Below are positions 1 through 11,100 of a stretch of DNA of 64,000 bases, piece by piece (the first letter of the stretch is position 1; every line of letters begins with the position of its first letter). The stretch lies in assembly GCA_010356995.1 (NCBI GenBank), contig ML996688.1, positions 1,302,001 through 1,366,000 of the forward strand, written 5' to 3'. Origin of the DNA: Trichodelitschia bisporula (taxonomy: Eukaryota). The notes under the pieces are model-generated. The model saw only the letters and a list, made by a program, of their open reading frames with translations. It made no database searches and was not told where the DNA came from. The position numbers and the translations under genes are program-made.

Positions 1-1031
1 CTGGCGAGCCCCCCATTGATCCAACCACTGGCCAGGAGTGGGGGTTGGGTGAAACCGTCTACCTCATTGTCACTCTGCACGACTCAGGACGGGGTCTTGC
101 GCCAGAAGAGAAAGAACTGCTCTTCGCACGCCTCTCGGGATCGACGAAGTCCCCGCGATCCCATGTCCAATACGGCGGCAACGGCCTCGGGCTCTTCATC
201 TCACGCCGCTTGACGGAGATGCAGGGCGGAGCCGTGGGCTTCGCCTCCCGCGACGACGCCGGTGGAAACACATTCGCGTTCTATGTGCGCGCGCGCCGCC
301 GGCAGGGGTCGGAGCACTCACTGTCCTCTCCGCCATTGACGCCCCCCACCGTCCCTCTCCGGCACCCAACGTGGTCGCATAAGGCACGAGAGAGCGTCCA
401 CGCGGGCGCATCAGAGATTTCACCGGGCCTGGCGGAGATCGGCGACGTGGCGCAATTGATTCGGCGACCGTCGAATTCTAACATCCATGTACTGCTTGTG
501 GAGGACAACCTGGTGAACCAGCGTGTACTGGCGAAGCAGCTGCGGAAGCTGGGGTGCGAGGTCAACGTTGCGAACCACGGAGTGGAGGCGCTACGACACC
601 TGAGGGCGACAAAATTCTGGACTGCTGCGGAGGAGAGCGGCCCGGGGTCTGACGAGAGAGAACAAGACAGTGCGAGCAAGATAGCGGCGATGTCGATGAA
701 AAGTGCGCCGAACCCGACTGATCTCTCCGTCGTGCTGATGGACTGGGAAATGCCGGTTATGGATGGTATCACGTGCGTCAAAAAGATTCGCGAGATGCAG
801 GGCCTCGGCGAGTTGTCGGGGCATGTGCCCGTTATTGCGGTGACGGCGAATGCAAGGGGAGAGCAGCTAGATATGGCGCTCGAGGCTGGGATGGTGGGTT
901 ACTTCCTTCTCTTTTCGGGAACAGAGGTTTATGGTTTTTTTCGGCAGGACGACGTCATCACCAAGCCCTTCCGGATGCCAGATCTCATGGCGCGGATCAA
1001 AGGCCTGCTGGACAAGATCGCCACGAGATAG
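1..1031 (+). CDS. Hybrid sensor histidine kinase/response regulator, C-terminal part (5'-truncated by window edge)
   Basis: HATPase_c G1 (DSGRG) and G2 (GGNGLGL) boxes, then a receiver domain (HVLLVEDN...LMDWEMP...VTANAR...KPF). Probable 54-nt intron 894-947 (GT..CAG) restores AGMDDVITKPF. Confidence 0.9.
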   Translation, partial: GEPPIDPTTGQEWGLGETVYLIVTLHDSGRGLAPEEKELLFARLSGSTKSPRSHVQYGGNGLGLFISRRLTEMQGGAVGFASRDDAGGNTFAFYVRARRRQGSEHSLSSPPLTPPTVPLRHPTWSHKARESVHAGASEISPGLAEIGDVAQLIRRPSNSNIHVLLVEDNLVNQRVLAKQLRKLGCEVNVANHGVEALRHLRATKFWTAAEESGPGSDEREQDSASKIAAMSMKSAPNPTDLSVVLMDWEMPVMDGITCVKKIREMQGLGELSGHVPVIAVTANARGEQLDMALEAGMVGYFLLFSGTEVYGFFRQDDVITKPFRMPDLMARIKGLLDKIATR

Positions 1032-1656
1032 GTTGGGGAAAGTTAAGGAGATTTTGACTCATGTATTGGGTCTGGTAAAAGCGATGACCTAGAGGTGAAT
1101 CTTCGGCTTTCGTTGATCGGTACATTCGCTAACTGTCGCAGGGCGATGTGTTTCCCGCGGCGCTGTTGCACGCTCGCTCGTGTAGTGCGACTCTTCTCGG
1201 CTGTGCCGCATGATGTTTGCGTTCCATATGAAGCGAAGACCTTTTCATTATTCGAGAGTATGATATCCAAGAGAAAGGTACGGAAGCTAGTGATGGAGCA
1301 ACCTGGGCGTCATGATTTTGGTATAGGATACGCCTCTGAGAGGCTTCGGACTAAGGAAAGAATTGGAGGGCGCAAAGGGTTTAAAGTACAGCTCTTTTTT
1401 TTAGTGTGATTTGTACGTCATGGACTGCCGAGGCAATGGCTGCGGTGAACTGCACGGGACGGCACGCCTCCGGCTAGGTGGCAGAATGAAGGGAAGCTGG
1501 TTCCGTGAGAGAGGTCGAACCAAAGAATCGTCTCACAATGACCGGCATTCCGCAAAAACAACTGTCCAGTCTTGAATCCCTATTTTTATCCCAAATGATG
1601 CACGCCTGAGGTAACCCAACTAGACTAGACGGAGAACTCACCGCAGCTCGCTCCCA

Positions 1657-3033
1657 TCACCCAACCCAGAGCTTCTCCTCGTCGGCTTTCGACGGGATAA
1701 CACGGTCACACCAGGCACACCAGCTCCTCACCTCACCTCTATTCTCCCGCTCTAGGCTCTTCATGTTCTCGCCTTCGTCCTGATACCTCATGGCTTCGGC
1801 CCCGACATATATGAGCTTCTTCGTCTTGCGCTTCACCAGTCCCCCAACGCCAACCATCTCTTGTACGTCAAATCCCGTGTGCCCCGAATTTGCAGTAATA
1901 GCGCAATCCATCTCCTTCTCAACAACCCGCGCCGCAAAACACGCATCGCATCGCCCGCACTCAACGCCCTCCATCCCTTCGCCAATACCTGTCCCCAGCC
2001 CGCCCAGGTTCGCGCAATAGCGTGCGCGCCACGCCCAGCCGTCTGCATATACCGTATCCGCCTTGCAAAGCCTCCGTCCACAGGGATTGCAGAGCCACAT
2101 CACGTCGGGGCACGTACAGGGCATCCGGGCAAAGGCCGGAGCTGTAAAGGCCGGGGGACGGGCCGACTCGGGTGGAGTGGGGAAGCGGTGCAGTCTGGCT
2201 GGGGATGTGGAGGGTGAAGAGTGAGGCGAGACGTCGTGCCGGCGCAGCGGGGCCGTGTGTGCGCTAAGCGGGGCTTTCAGGCACGTCCGGCAGAGGCGCC
2301 GGTGGCGGTTGTCAAGGGCGGGGAGGGGTGGGGGTTTGGCGGTGCAGTTCTGGCGCGTCAGACTAGTTCTAGCCGCGTAGTAGCGTGGCCCCGCGAGCAG
2401 CTTACCCTACACACGACAACGCCGCAGCGGCGACACTCGGCGACCATATCGCGAGCGCAAAGGCTGACCTTGCCGGTTGTGATGCGGCCGGTGTAGGACG
2501 CAGTGCCATTCCGCCACACGGCGTGGCTCTCGCGGAAGCGCTGCGCCAGTTGAGTCCCGGAGGGTTCGGCATCGTTACTGCAGCGCAGCGTCTGGGTGAC
2601 GAGCTGGTTGCGGTATTGCAGCAGGTTGGCGCGGAACTGACGACAGGTGCTGGCGAGGCTGTGCAGGTCGTTTAGATCGAGCAGCGACGCCAGCTGCGAG
2701 ACGAAGCTAGCTTTGGAGTTAGCGATTCCGCAGCCGCGAAGGACCGGCCCGGCCCTCGAGTTCAAGGCGGTGCTTGCGCGCCGCAGGCCGGTGGGAATGC
2801 GGCCGTGGTGATGGGGCTCACGGATAGCAGGCTAGGGAGGCTGAGAATCCGCCGACGTTGAGATTCGGTCGATCGGCTTCGGGGCAGGGAGCATTGTCAT
2901 CAGCGCCGGCGCTGCTATCGTTGTAGAGCGCAAGATGGCGCTTGATGAGACGGTCCAAGCCGAAGGGAGAGTGGGGATCGGAGTGGGGGTCGTGGGGTGG
3001 GTGCTCTTCATCGAGGTCAACTACGAGAACCAT
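1657..3033 (-). CDS. F-box-like, Cys-rich hypothetical protein (3 exons: 3033-2822, 2706-2406, 2349-1657)
   Basis: ATG at 3033. Introns GTGAG..GCTAAC..TAG and GTAAG..CTGAC..CAG join three ORF fragments in frame. LACYPFVSQLASLLDLNDLHSLASTCRQF resembles an F-box; many CxxC pairs follow. Confidence 0.75.
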
Positions 3034-4831
3034 TGTAAGGAAGACAGTAAGGTAAACGGCCGATAGAACTCCGGAGCATTGAAAGAGTACGATGGAAGAA
3101 GTGGGAACTGAGCGCAGGATGACGATGATGAAATTTGGAAGAGCGAGCAGCGGAACCTGGCACGCCTGGCCGGAGCGACAGGGGAGCTAAATGGAGGGGC
3201 TGAAGGAACGATCACGTGAAAATATCAACACATAAATTCAGCGATTGGATGGCTGCACCATGAGGCTGGGGGGATGCGGTGATGTAGGGATGCGGGGATG
3301 CTACATCATCAGACGAAGTCGCTCTCAACGCTCACTCTGCGAGGCATTTAGACTTTGTTCCGCACAGCCATCTACAAGCGATTTCTTGCCATGCCAGCTA
3401 TACCCCTACGAGGGACTGTCCAATATACGATGCAGCAGGGGTTGTGTGTACAAGCACAGCCCTGGCTTCCGCAATGCGCCTTTTTTCCATCCTCTGTTCT
3501 AGTTGTCGAGTCCGGTGTTGAAGCTGTAATAGACAAGCTCTTCCCTATTCCGGCCATCAGGGCTTTCCCGCGGTGCCCAAGGCGTTCGTTCAATGGTTGG
3601 ATACGGCAGATACAGAGTATGCCCCCAGCTGTAGCAATATCCCTCACTAGGTGTCCCACGATAGAGGAAATTGTGAGAACCTAGGTTGATACAAGGTGCG
3701 AAGTGCGCAGATTCCGGAATATGCGTTAATGCCGCGCGTCCCAAAACGGCAACAGCGTCAGGCAGTGCATGACTAGTTGAAATCGCTCACGCTATTCTGC
3801 TGCTGCTTGAGAACCGGCACCGTTCTGAACTCTTGGCTGAACACAATCTGCCACGGGTTGGGGCTCATTACCTGCTATAGAGGAGCTGTGTTGGCATGTG
3901 GTACGGGAAGACTTACGGTACTAGCCAGATTGTCGTCGGGTAGTCGAGGATGCGGTAGTCCTTAATATGCTCACTGAAGATCTATTCATATTGCGGTCGG
4001 AAGCTACCGCAAGACAAACTTTGCAGAAATCCGGGGAGACCGAGCCTAATCAAGGTGCGATTATGTCACGTGGTGACAGTGAGGGAAGAGCTTGACTTCA
4101 GTTGCGTCGAAACTCCAACAGCAGCCACTGTACGGATGTACTACTCCCAACTTCACCCGTCCGCCAGCATCCGATGCTTCACCAAAGTCTCTAGGATCTT
4201 TATACCCGATGTCCTGAGGATACCTGATAACATGTATTGCACCTCGGAAGTCGTTCTCTCGATGCCTGCCGTTTCTCGCCTGGATGATATTCTCCGCCCA
4301 TTTGTACTTCTTTCTGGCATTCCGTGCTGTCTGAGAAGCACTACTCTCAATCGTCAATAAGATGAAGGGTTGCGACTCTCTTGGACATGAATGGATGACG
4401 CGTTTCGAAGATGAAGCTGGTGTTCGACTTGACGGAGACACATTGATCCTAGCCGAGACCGCGAAAGTCGGCTTTGGTCCGTTGCTAAGAATAGGCCCGG
4501 CTTGCCCTTCGGAGCTTCGATTTCGGGATCACAGGCATCTTGTCGGCCTGGAGATCTGACCTTTCTGAATATTGCCTGTTTCGGTATCGTGAGCATCCTA
4601 TCCCTACATCCCGATAGCTTCCTCTTGATATATTCACCATTGCTTGATCAGAATCACTCGTTGCAAACCCAATCGCTGGTACACCAGTATTAGTGCCAAG
4701 CGCTAGTTCTAGACACGAGAGGCTCCGGAAAGGGGAATTTCCTCTCAGCCTCAGCGTCCTTGCTCTGCCCACAACAAACTGAACGCGTAGCCTTGTCCGG
4801 CTTCCCATCTCACTACCCTTCATCTATAGCT

Positions 4832-7039
4832 ATGGTCATGAACTCCTTTGCGAAGAAGTCAGCCAGATTCGGCAAGGCTGTTTACAACGCCGTGAACGAA
4901 GCCGTCTCAAACCCTGACCAGTGGCAGAACAAGCCCGGTCAACACCCACAACAACAGCAGCAGCAGCAGCAGACGCAACCTCAACAGCAACAGCATTCAC
5001 AACCTCAGAACCATTCTTTACCCCCACCTTCAGTGGCTCCTTCCTCGCATCCGAACCACGCACTCGCAGCACCTCCGTCGCCATACCCTACTGTACAATA
5101 TGCCCCACCACCAATAGGCCAACAACTCGGACAGCCGCAGGGCCAGCACAATTCCCAACCTCCCCAGCCCAATCCAACTCCATACCAACCCGCAGTACAG
5201 CAGACACCGACACCATACCAACCACCGGCACAGCATACTCTGGCGTACTCTTGCTCGGGACCTGCCTCACACCCGCCTGTCTCTCCGCTCCAATCGACCC
5301 AATCGCCATGGCAGCCTCCCTCCTCTTCTTCCGCTGTGAGTCCCCCGACAGCGATGACGGCATTTCCTCCGCCGCAACCAACGACCGTCCAGTCCTTTTC
5401 CACATACTCCTTACCTCCCAATCCGCCGTTTTCTCCTCCACCTCCTTCAGCGACCCCTCCGCAACAATCTTTCTTTCCGGCACAGCAGCAGCCTTCCCCA
5501 CCGCAAGCGTTGTACCAATATCAGACCAATCTGGTGCAAGGACAACCGTACAGCAATATGTCTGCTCCACCTTCGAATGCACCTGTTCAGGCCCCTAGCC
5601 AACACTATGGACACCATGGTGGACTACAAAACCGGAACTTTCAAACAGGATACCCGACACCTCCAGCTTCTAATATGGCAAGTCCCTTACAACCAACGGC
5701 CCCCGCACCCGCGCAGAACCAGTCCTTCACTCATACAGTTGGCAACAGTTTTGCGGCCGAATTATCAGCGGAGCCGGTGGTGCCTCCGCAGCCCAGGGTA
5801 TCCGTGCAGCAGGCTAGCAATTTGCAAAACACGGGACATCTACCGTCAACAACGTCTCAGCAGCAGACAATGCTTCCGCAGAACACAGTGAAAACACCAG
5901 CCGCATTACTCGCCGAGCTACCTGCGGATAACAGCTATCCAACTGCGTCGATATCGGACGAGAAAAAGCCTACTGAAGATGCGAAGCCGATAGAGGATCA
6001 GAAGGCACCTGACGGCAAAGTTACACCACCTCCCGCACCGCCTTCGCCGTCGAGCTTTGCTCCAGAGGTCGTCCTTGCCACGCAGGTCGAACCACCAGCA
6101 ACCCCTCCGGCAGGCAGCCCGACCGGGTCAATGCACCGCACGAATTCGTTGTCCGCAGCCATGTATCATCGGCACAATGCGAATAACCAAGCAACTCAGG
6201 CGCCGCACAGCCCGCCAGCTATGCCAATAATTCCACAGGCAGCTGTGACGCCATCACAGCAGGTCGAGCAGCCCAAGCCAGTCCACCCCCCAAGCAGCAT
6301 CCCCACCATGGCCAGTCCTGTGTCTGCGACCGTTGCAACTGCACCATCAACGCAGTGGCAACCTGCTCCACAAAACCCAGCTGCCCAATACCAGGCTCAG
6401 AACTTGCCCGTTCAGTATCAGCCGCAAGCCCAGTTTGGCCAGTATCAACCTCCAAATCCGATCGTACAGTTCCAGCCTCAGCCCGTAGGTGGCCCGTTTC
6501 AACCTCAGCCCATCAATGGCTCGTTCCAACCTCAGCCCATTACTCACTCGTTCCAACCTCAGCAACCCGCTGGCCAGTATCAAGCATACCATCCGATGCC
6601 ACGGCCTAACAATCTTCAGTGGCATACGCCTTCCGGGCCGCAACCGGCTTGCTATCAACCAGCGCCCGGCCCTTATCAACCCGCACATGGCCTTTACCAA
6701 CCAGCTCCTGCCCTGTACCAAACAACACCCAATCATTTCGGCCAAGCCATGCAGCAGCTGTCTCTTGGGCCCCAGCAGCCGGTACCTCAAAGCTTTGTAA
6801 ACGCACCGCCTGCTGTACCTAAGGGCATCAGCAATGCACCAACCCCAACCATGGCGCGCAGGCCCGTGGCTTCATCCGGAAGCTACCAACCATATCACCC
6901 GTCAACATTGAGCCAACCACCGACTCCCTCCGCGACCCGCGCACCTGAAGCCCAGACTTCTTGTGCGCCGCAAGGCTCCAGCAGCCCGGCTCCTGTACCT
7001 TCAAAGGGAGAGAGCCCGCCACCTCCGTACAAGGCGTAG
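4832..7039 (+). CDS. Pro/Gln-rich low-complexity hypothetical protein
   Basis: 2.2-kb uninterrupted ORF, first ATG at 4832; polyQ, FQPQP and YQPA repeats; C-terminal PPPPY. No recognisable folded domain. Confidence 0.7.
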   Translation: MVMNSFAKKSARFGKAVYNAVNEAVSNPDQWQNKPGQHPQQQQQQQQTQPQQQQHSQPQNHSLPPPSVAPSSHPNHALAAPPSPYPTVQYAPPPIGQQLGQPQGQHNSQPPQPNPTPYQPAVQQTPTPYQPPAQHTLAYSCSGPASHPPVSPLQSTQSPWQPPSSSSAVSPPTAMTAFPPPQPTTVQSFSTYSLPPNPPFSPPPPSATPPQQSFFPAQQQPSPPQALYQYQTNLVQGQPYSNMSAPPSNAPVQAPSQHYGHHGGLQNRNFQTGYPTPPASNMASPLQPTAPAPAQNQSFTHTVGNSFAAELSAEPVVPPQPRVSVQQASNLQNTGHLPSTTSQQQTMLPQNTVKTPAALLAELPADNSYPTASISDEKKPTEDAKPIEDQKAPDGKVTPPPAPPSPSSFAPEVVLATQVEPPATPPAGSPTGSMHRTNSLSAAMYHRHNANNQATQAPHSPPAMPIIPQAAVTPSQQVEQPKPVHPPSSIPTMASPVSATVATAPSTQWQPAPQNPAAQYQAQNLPVQYQPQAQFGQYQPPNPIVQFQPQPVGGPFQPQPINGSFQPQPITHSFQPQQPAGQYQAYHPMPRPNNLQWHTPSGPQPACYQPAPGPYQPAHGLYQPAPALYQTTPNHFGQAMQQLSLGPQQPVPQSFVNAPPAVPKGISNAPTPTMARRPVASSGSYQPYHPSTLSQPPTPSATRAPEAQTSCAPQGSSSPAPVPSKGESPPPPYKA

Positions 7040-7373
7040 AGCTGCACAACGTCCTGCATGCTATACGGGCCTTTGTTCCTATTATAGCCCTCGGGCAGTT
7101 CAGCTTGAGCTGCAGATGCATGGTTTATTCTCCCGCTGGAGTCACGTGGGCCCAACTGCTGCCTGGTGCCCCGCCCTCATATCAAGCCATTCACTGGAGA
7201 TCCATTTGCATAGCTCTCACTTACGGTAGTTCTCGACGGGCCCTCAATAAGGTTTCTCTCGGCTCACTTTCTCCGTAAATACAGCTATTTGAGCAACTTT
7301 GAATCCTCGATATCCTTTTCAATCCATCGTCACCCATCTTCTCAATTCCTTTTGGCACCCTCAACTTTTCGCA

Positions 7374-7796
7374 GTGGCTGAATCCGAAGTCCGCACTGGC
7401 GGCTGCCTCTGTGGTGCCATTCGCTACGAAACCCGCGGAAAACCTCTCTACTCTGGCGTCTGCTACTGCGGCGACTGCCGCAAGTCCTCGGGCTCCGTTT
7501 TCGTGCCCGTCTCAGGCTACGCCTTGACCGCCTTTCACCTGACCAAGGGCGAACCCCGCACCTACACTACGCCATCGACCTATGGCAAGCCCGTGGTGCT
7601 CAGCTTCTGCGGCGACTGCGGAAGCAAGATCTTCGGCGGCATTTACGGGGTTGACGAGACGCACACGGTGAACGTAGGGACGCTAGATGATCTGAAGGGG
7701 TATGAGCCGAGAACGGCGCTCTTTGTCAAGGATCGGCCTGAGTGGGCGGTGCTTAAGCACGCTCTGACGGAGTTTCAGACTATGCCGGGTGCCTGA
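7374..7796 (+). CDS. GFA / CENP-V / Mss4-like Zn-binding protein (start uncertain)
   Basis: GGCLCGAIRY..CYCGDCRKSSG..FCGDCGS..GTLDD signature. No in-frame ATG near the start; GTG at 7374 is the candidate start. Confidence 0.85.
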   Translation: MAESEVRTGGCLCGAIRYETRGKPLYSGVCYCGDCRKSSGSVFVPVSGYALTAFHLTKGEPRTYTTPSTYGKPVVLSFCGDCGSKIFGGIYGVDETHTVNVGTLDDLKGYEPRTALFVKDRPEWAVLKHALTEFQTMPGA

Positions 7797-8106
7797 TGCG
7801 TTATGTGTAGGGTTGGAATGGTCCTTTTCTTCACCGATATCACGACTTATGATGAGCAGATGTTTGTGACCTAAGCGTCATTTTCCATTTACTATCCATG
7901 TGCCGCACCAGGAGCAGGCAATCGGTCGCATCCTGTCCACAAGCCACGTATAGTAGTGTAGCGGAGAGGGTAAATATAAGGCCAGAGACAAGAAACTAGA
8001 AAAGCTGCCCGACAGCCCATCGTCAACCTCAGCCTACGGACAAACATCGAACTCAGCCCATCCGAAAACCGGTCATAACCCAGCATCCCGAGGTCCACTA
8101 CGCTGT

Positions 8107-11100
8107 CTACAAGCCCAAGTCAAAAAGCACAATATGCCCAGTGCGGAAGTTATGCACGAACGCCATGCGGCTCCGGCCTTCAACCCCCGTCTGTGTGCCC
8201 CCATCATCAAGCCACTCAGCGCGGAACCCCTCAAGCAGCTGCTGCATCTGGCGGACATAGTCGCGATCCGCAACAGGCAAGCTCTGCACGAGGCGCCGCC
8301 AGCCCTCGGAGTCGCTGAGCCGCAGCCCACGAATACCATCCAGCACTTCGTCCCGCGTCTCCACCGCCACAATCGGCGCCTCGCTATACTCGCCCAGCAA
8401 CGCCTGCGCTCGCGTCTGTGCCGACTCAACCACATGCCACTTGTTGCTCTTCTTACTACGGTGCTGCGCTATGAGTACGTGCACATTCTGCTTGCGCTCC
8501 GAGGCCATGGGCGCGGCGGCAGCACCGCCTAGCGGGCGCTGCGCCTGCAGCACGGCGGTCTTGTCGCGGTGGTCGCGCTCGCGCAGCTCAGCACGCAGAT
8601 GCTGGACGAGGTTCTCGCTCTTGACGTCGGTGTCGGTGCGGGTAAGGAGGTTCTTGACCTTGACGTCGGGCTTGGCGCTGGCGGCGGAGGCGGCATGGTC
8701 GTGCTTGATGATGACGAGCCAGGCGTGCGGGGAGTCGCGGTAGTGGTTCATGAGCATTTCGTGCGAGCGCGCGTCGAAGGCGAGTTCAGCGCTTATGTCG
8801 TGGGCCCAGAGCTCGGCGACGGTGCGCACGCCTGTGGTGCGCAGGACGGTCGGGTCGAAGGCGGCGACGAGGACGTCGCAGCGGCGTGGGAACCATGGGC
8901 CAATTGCCGAGGTGACCTCTTTTTCCTTGTCCTGGTTCGAGTTTGCGGAAGCTTTGCTTTTCGACTTGAGAAAGGTTGCCGACTTTCCCTGGCTGCGCTG
9001 ATAGCGCGTCATGCCGGTCACCAGGCGGTCCCAGCTAATGTGCATACCAACAGCGTGGCAGCTTGTTCCCTGGTCCTGGGGTTGCACTTTGAACCGCAGC
9101 TCTTGGATAAGGTGATCGTAGCGCCCTCCGGCGGCAAGGATATCGCGGCGTTTGGTGTCGACAACGCACTGGAACAGGACGCCTCCAGCGTAGAACTTCT
9201 CGTTGTAGCAGCTAAGTGGATAGATAAATGTCTTGCGCTTGACCTCAAAATGGTCGAGATAATTGATGATAGTTTCGAGGTGAGAGAAAATGGCACGAGT
9301 TCGATCAAGATATTCTTTCTTCTCGGAGAAGATGGACCTCAGCTTAGCAAATGCTTTCTGGGGTGTCTCGCGGAAGTCAAACTGGACCATATCATCGAGT
9401 GACGTCGAAGATATTCCGAGGCCAGACGAGCGAAGTTCGGTTCTAGCCTGCTGCCAGTCGAAGCCGTAGACATTTAACTTGCTCAGGACTTCTTTGACGG
9501 CAGGGCGCTGCGGGAGATCAACGCGCGAAAAGTCCATGATCAACTCCAGCAGGTCCGAGTGGTTGAGCCAAAAGCACATGGGCGAGGAAGCGAAGGCAGG
9601 GAATTCCTCAATGACCTCATCCATCACCTTGATAACCTCCGCCTCCTTGAGCGCAAGATCAAGCGTGTCTTTCGAGACGATGTCGAAATCAGCTTGCTTT
9701 GTTGACACCGGAGGGCCCCCTACGGATGCTTCACGGTATACTCGGCCAAAGGTGAAAGTCTTTTCTGCGGCAGGGTATTTCCGAGCAATGGCCCTAGCGT
9801 AGGGAAGTGTGAGGTCAAATGGCAATTGCACCAGTGTGCCAGAGGAGTCCAGAAGCTGAACCACCTTCGTGTGGGTATTGTGCGCGGAACGGGGAAGCAG
9901 GAGCTGCCGCTGAGTCTCAACAGCACCGTGGCGGCGGAAAATCATGCTCAGTCGCTCTTTGACAAGGCCCTGCAGAAGAAGATGATTGGCATCAGAGTCC
10001 GTTGTTGTGGTTGACTTTGCATGATCCCAAGTATACTCCTTTGCCTGTCGATCGGGGTTTTGAGAGAACAGCGCGGACATCATCTTGTGATAGTAAGGCG
10101 AGTTGGGATCCGACAAACCATCAAGTGCAACTCGAATGGTCTCATCCTCAATTTTGACAGGAATTTTGCCGCTGCGCAGCAGCTCCGCGCTGGTGGGACG
10201 CTCGGCCGGACGGTGGCTGACAAGCGACTCGATGATCTCGCTCTGTAACGCCTTTTCTGGGACTTGGAGTTCCGAAGGCAGATTGTGCTCCTTCTGGCGC
10301 AGCGCTTCAATGGTTTTGATACGCTCCATGAGCGTGTTCAGTGGATAGCACATCTCGAAAAAGATAATCCCCAGGGAATACATGTCCACCTTGTCGTTAT
10401 AGGTGCCAGACGCCCCAGTCCTCAGCTCTGGCGCAACGTACAATGCCGTCCCAATGCTCCGAGTCATTTCCCCAGGAGCACCAGATCCAGCAACACCGGT
10501 ATCCGCCACCTGGTACTGACCGGTAGTAGCAAGGCCAAAGTCACCGATCCGGGGATTGTTTGAGTTGTCAATGAAGATGTTGTCCGGCTTCAGATCGCGA
10601 TGGATGATCCCAAGGCTGTGAATGTGGACCAAGCCCTCAAGTATCTGACGAAATAGGCGCCAGGACTCCTCGGGGGACTGTGGGAGCCCCTTTTTGATCA
10701 AATCGCGCAGCGTCTGCTTTTCGCAATACTCCATTTGAATATAGAGCGTGCTCTTGACGGGACGCATAGTTTTGGTACTAGAATGGCGCCGCTGACGAGT
10801 CATTTCCTTGGGTGATTCGCCAGTTTCGACGTCATTGGCGAAGTCATCGCTGTCTTCATCATCTTCTTCGTACGCTTCGTTCTGATTCTCGCCTTGCTCT
10901 TGTTCATCGTCATCATCGTCGGAAGCTTCGGATGACTGGCTAGAGTACCCAAAGACGATATCGTCGCCGAATTCGCCTTTAACGTCCGAGTTGATGAAGT
11001 CCAACCCGCCCGTGCTCTGTCCGTAATTGGTCCAACCTTCCCCGGCGCCGGTCAACTCGGAAGAAGATTCATCGTCCAAAATGGCTTCTTCGCTGCTACT

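Noticed and set aside
3700..4700. Short ORFs as a possible pseudogene
   Set aside because: No recognisable homology or consistent frame; cannot be supported without a database search.
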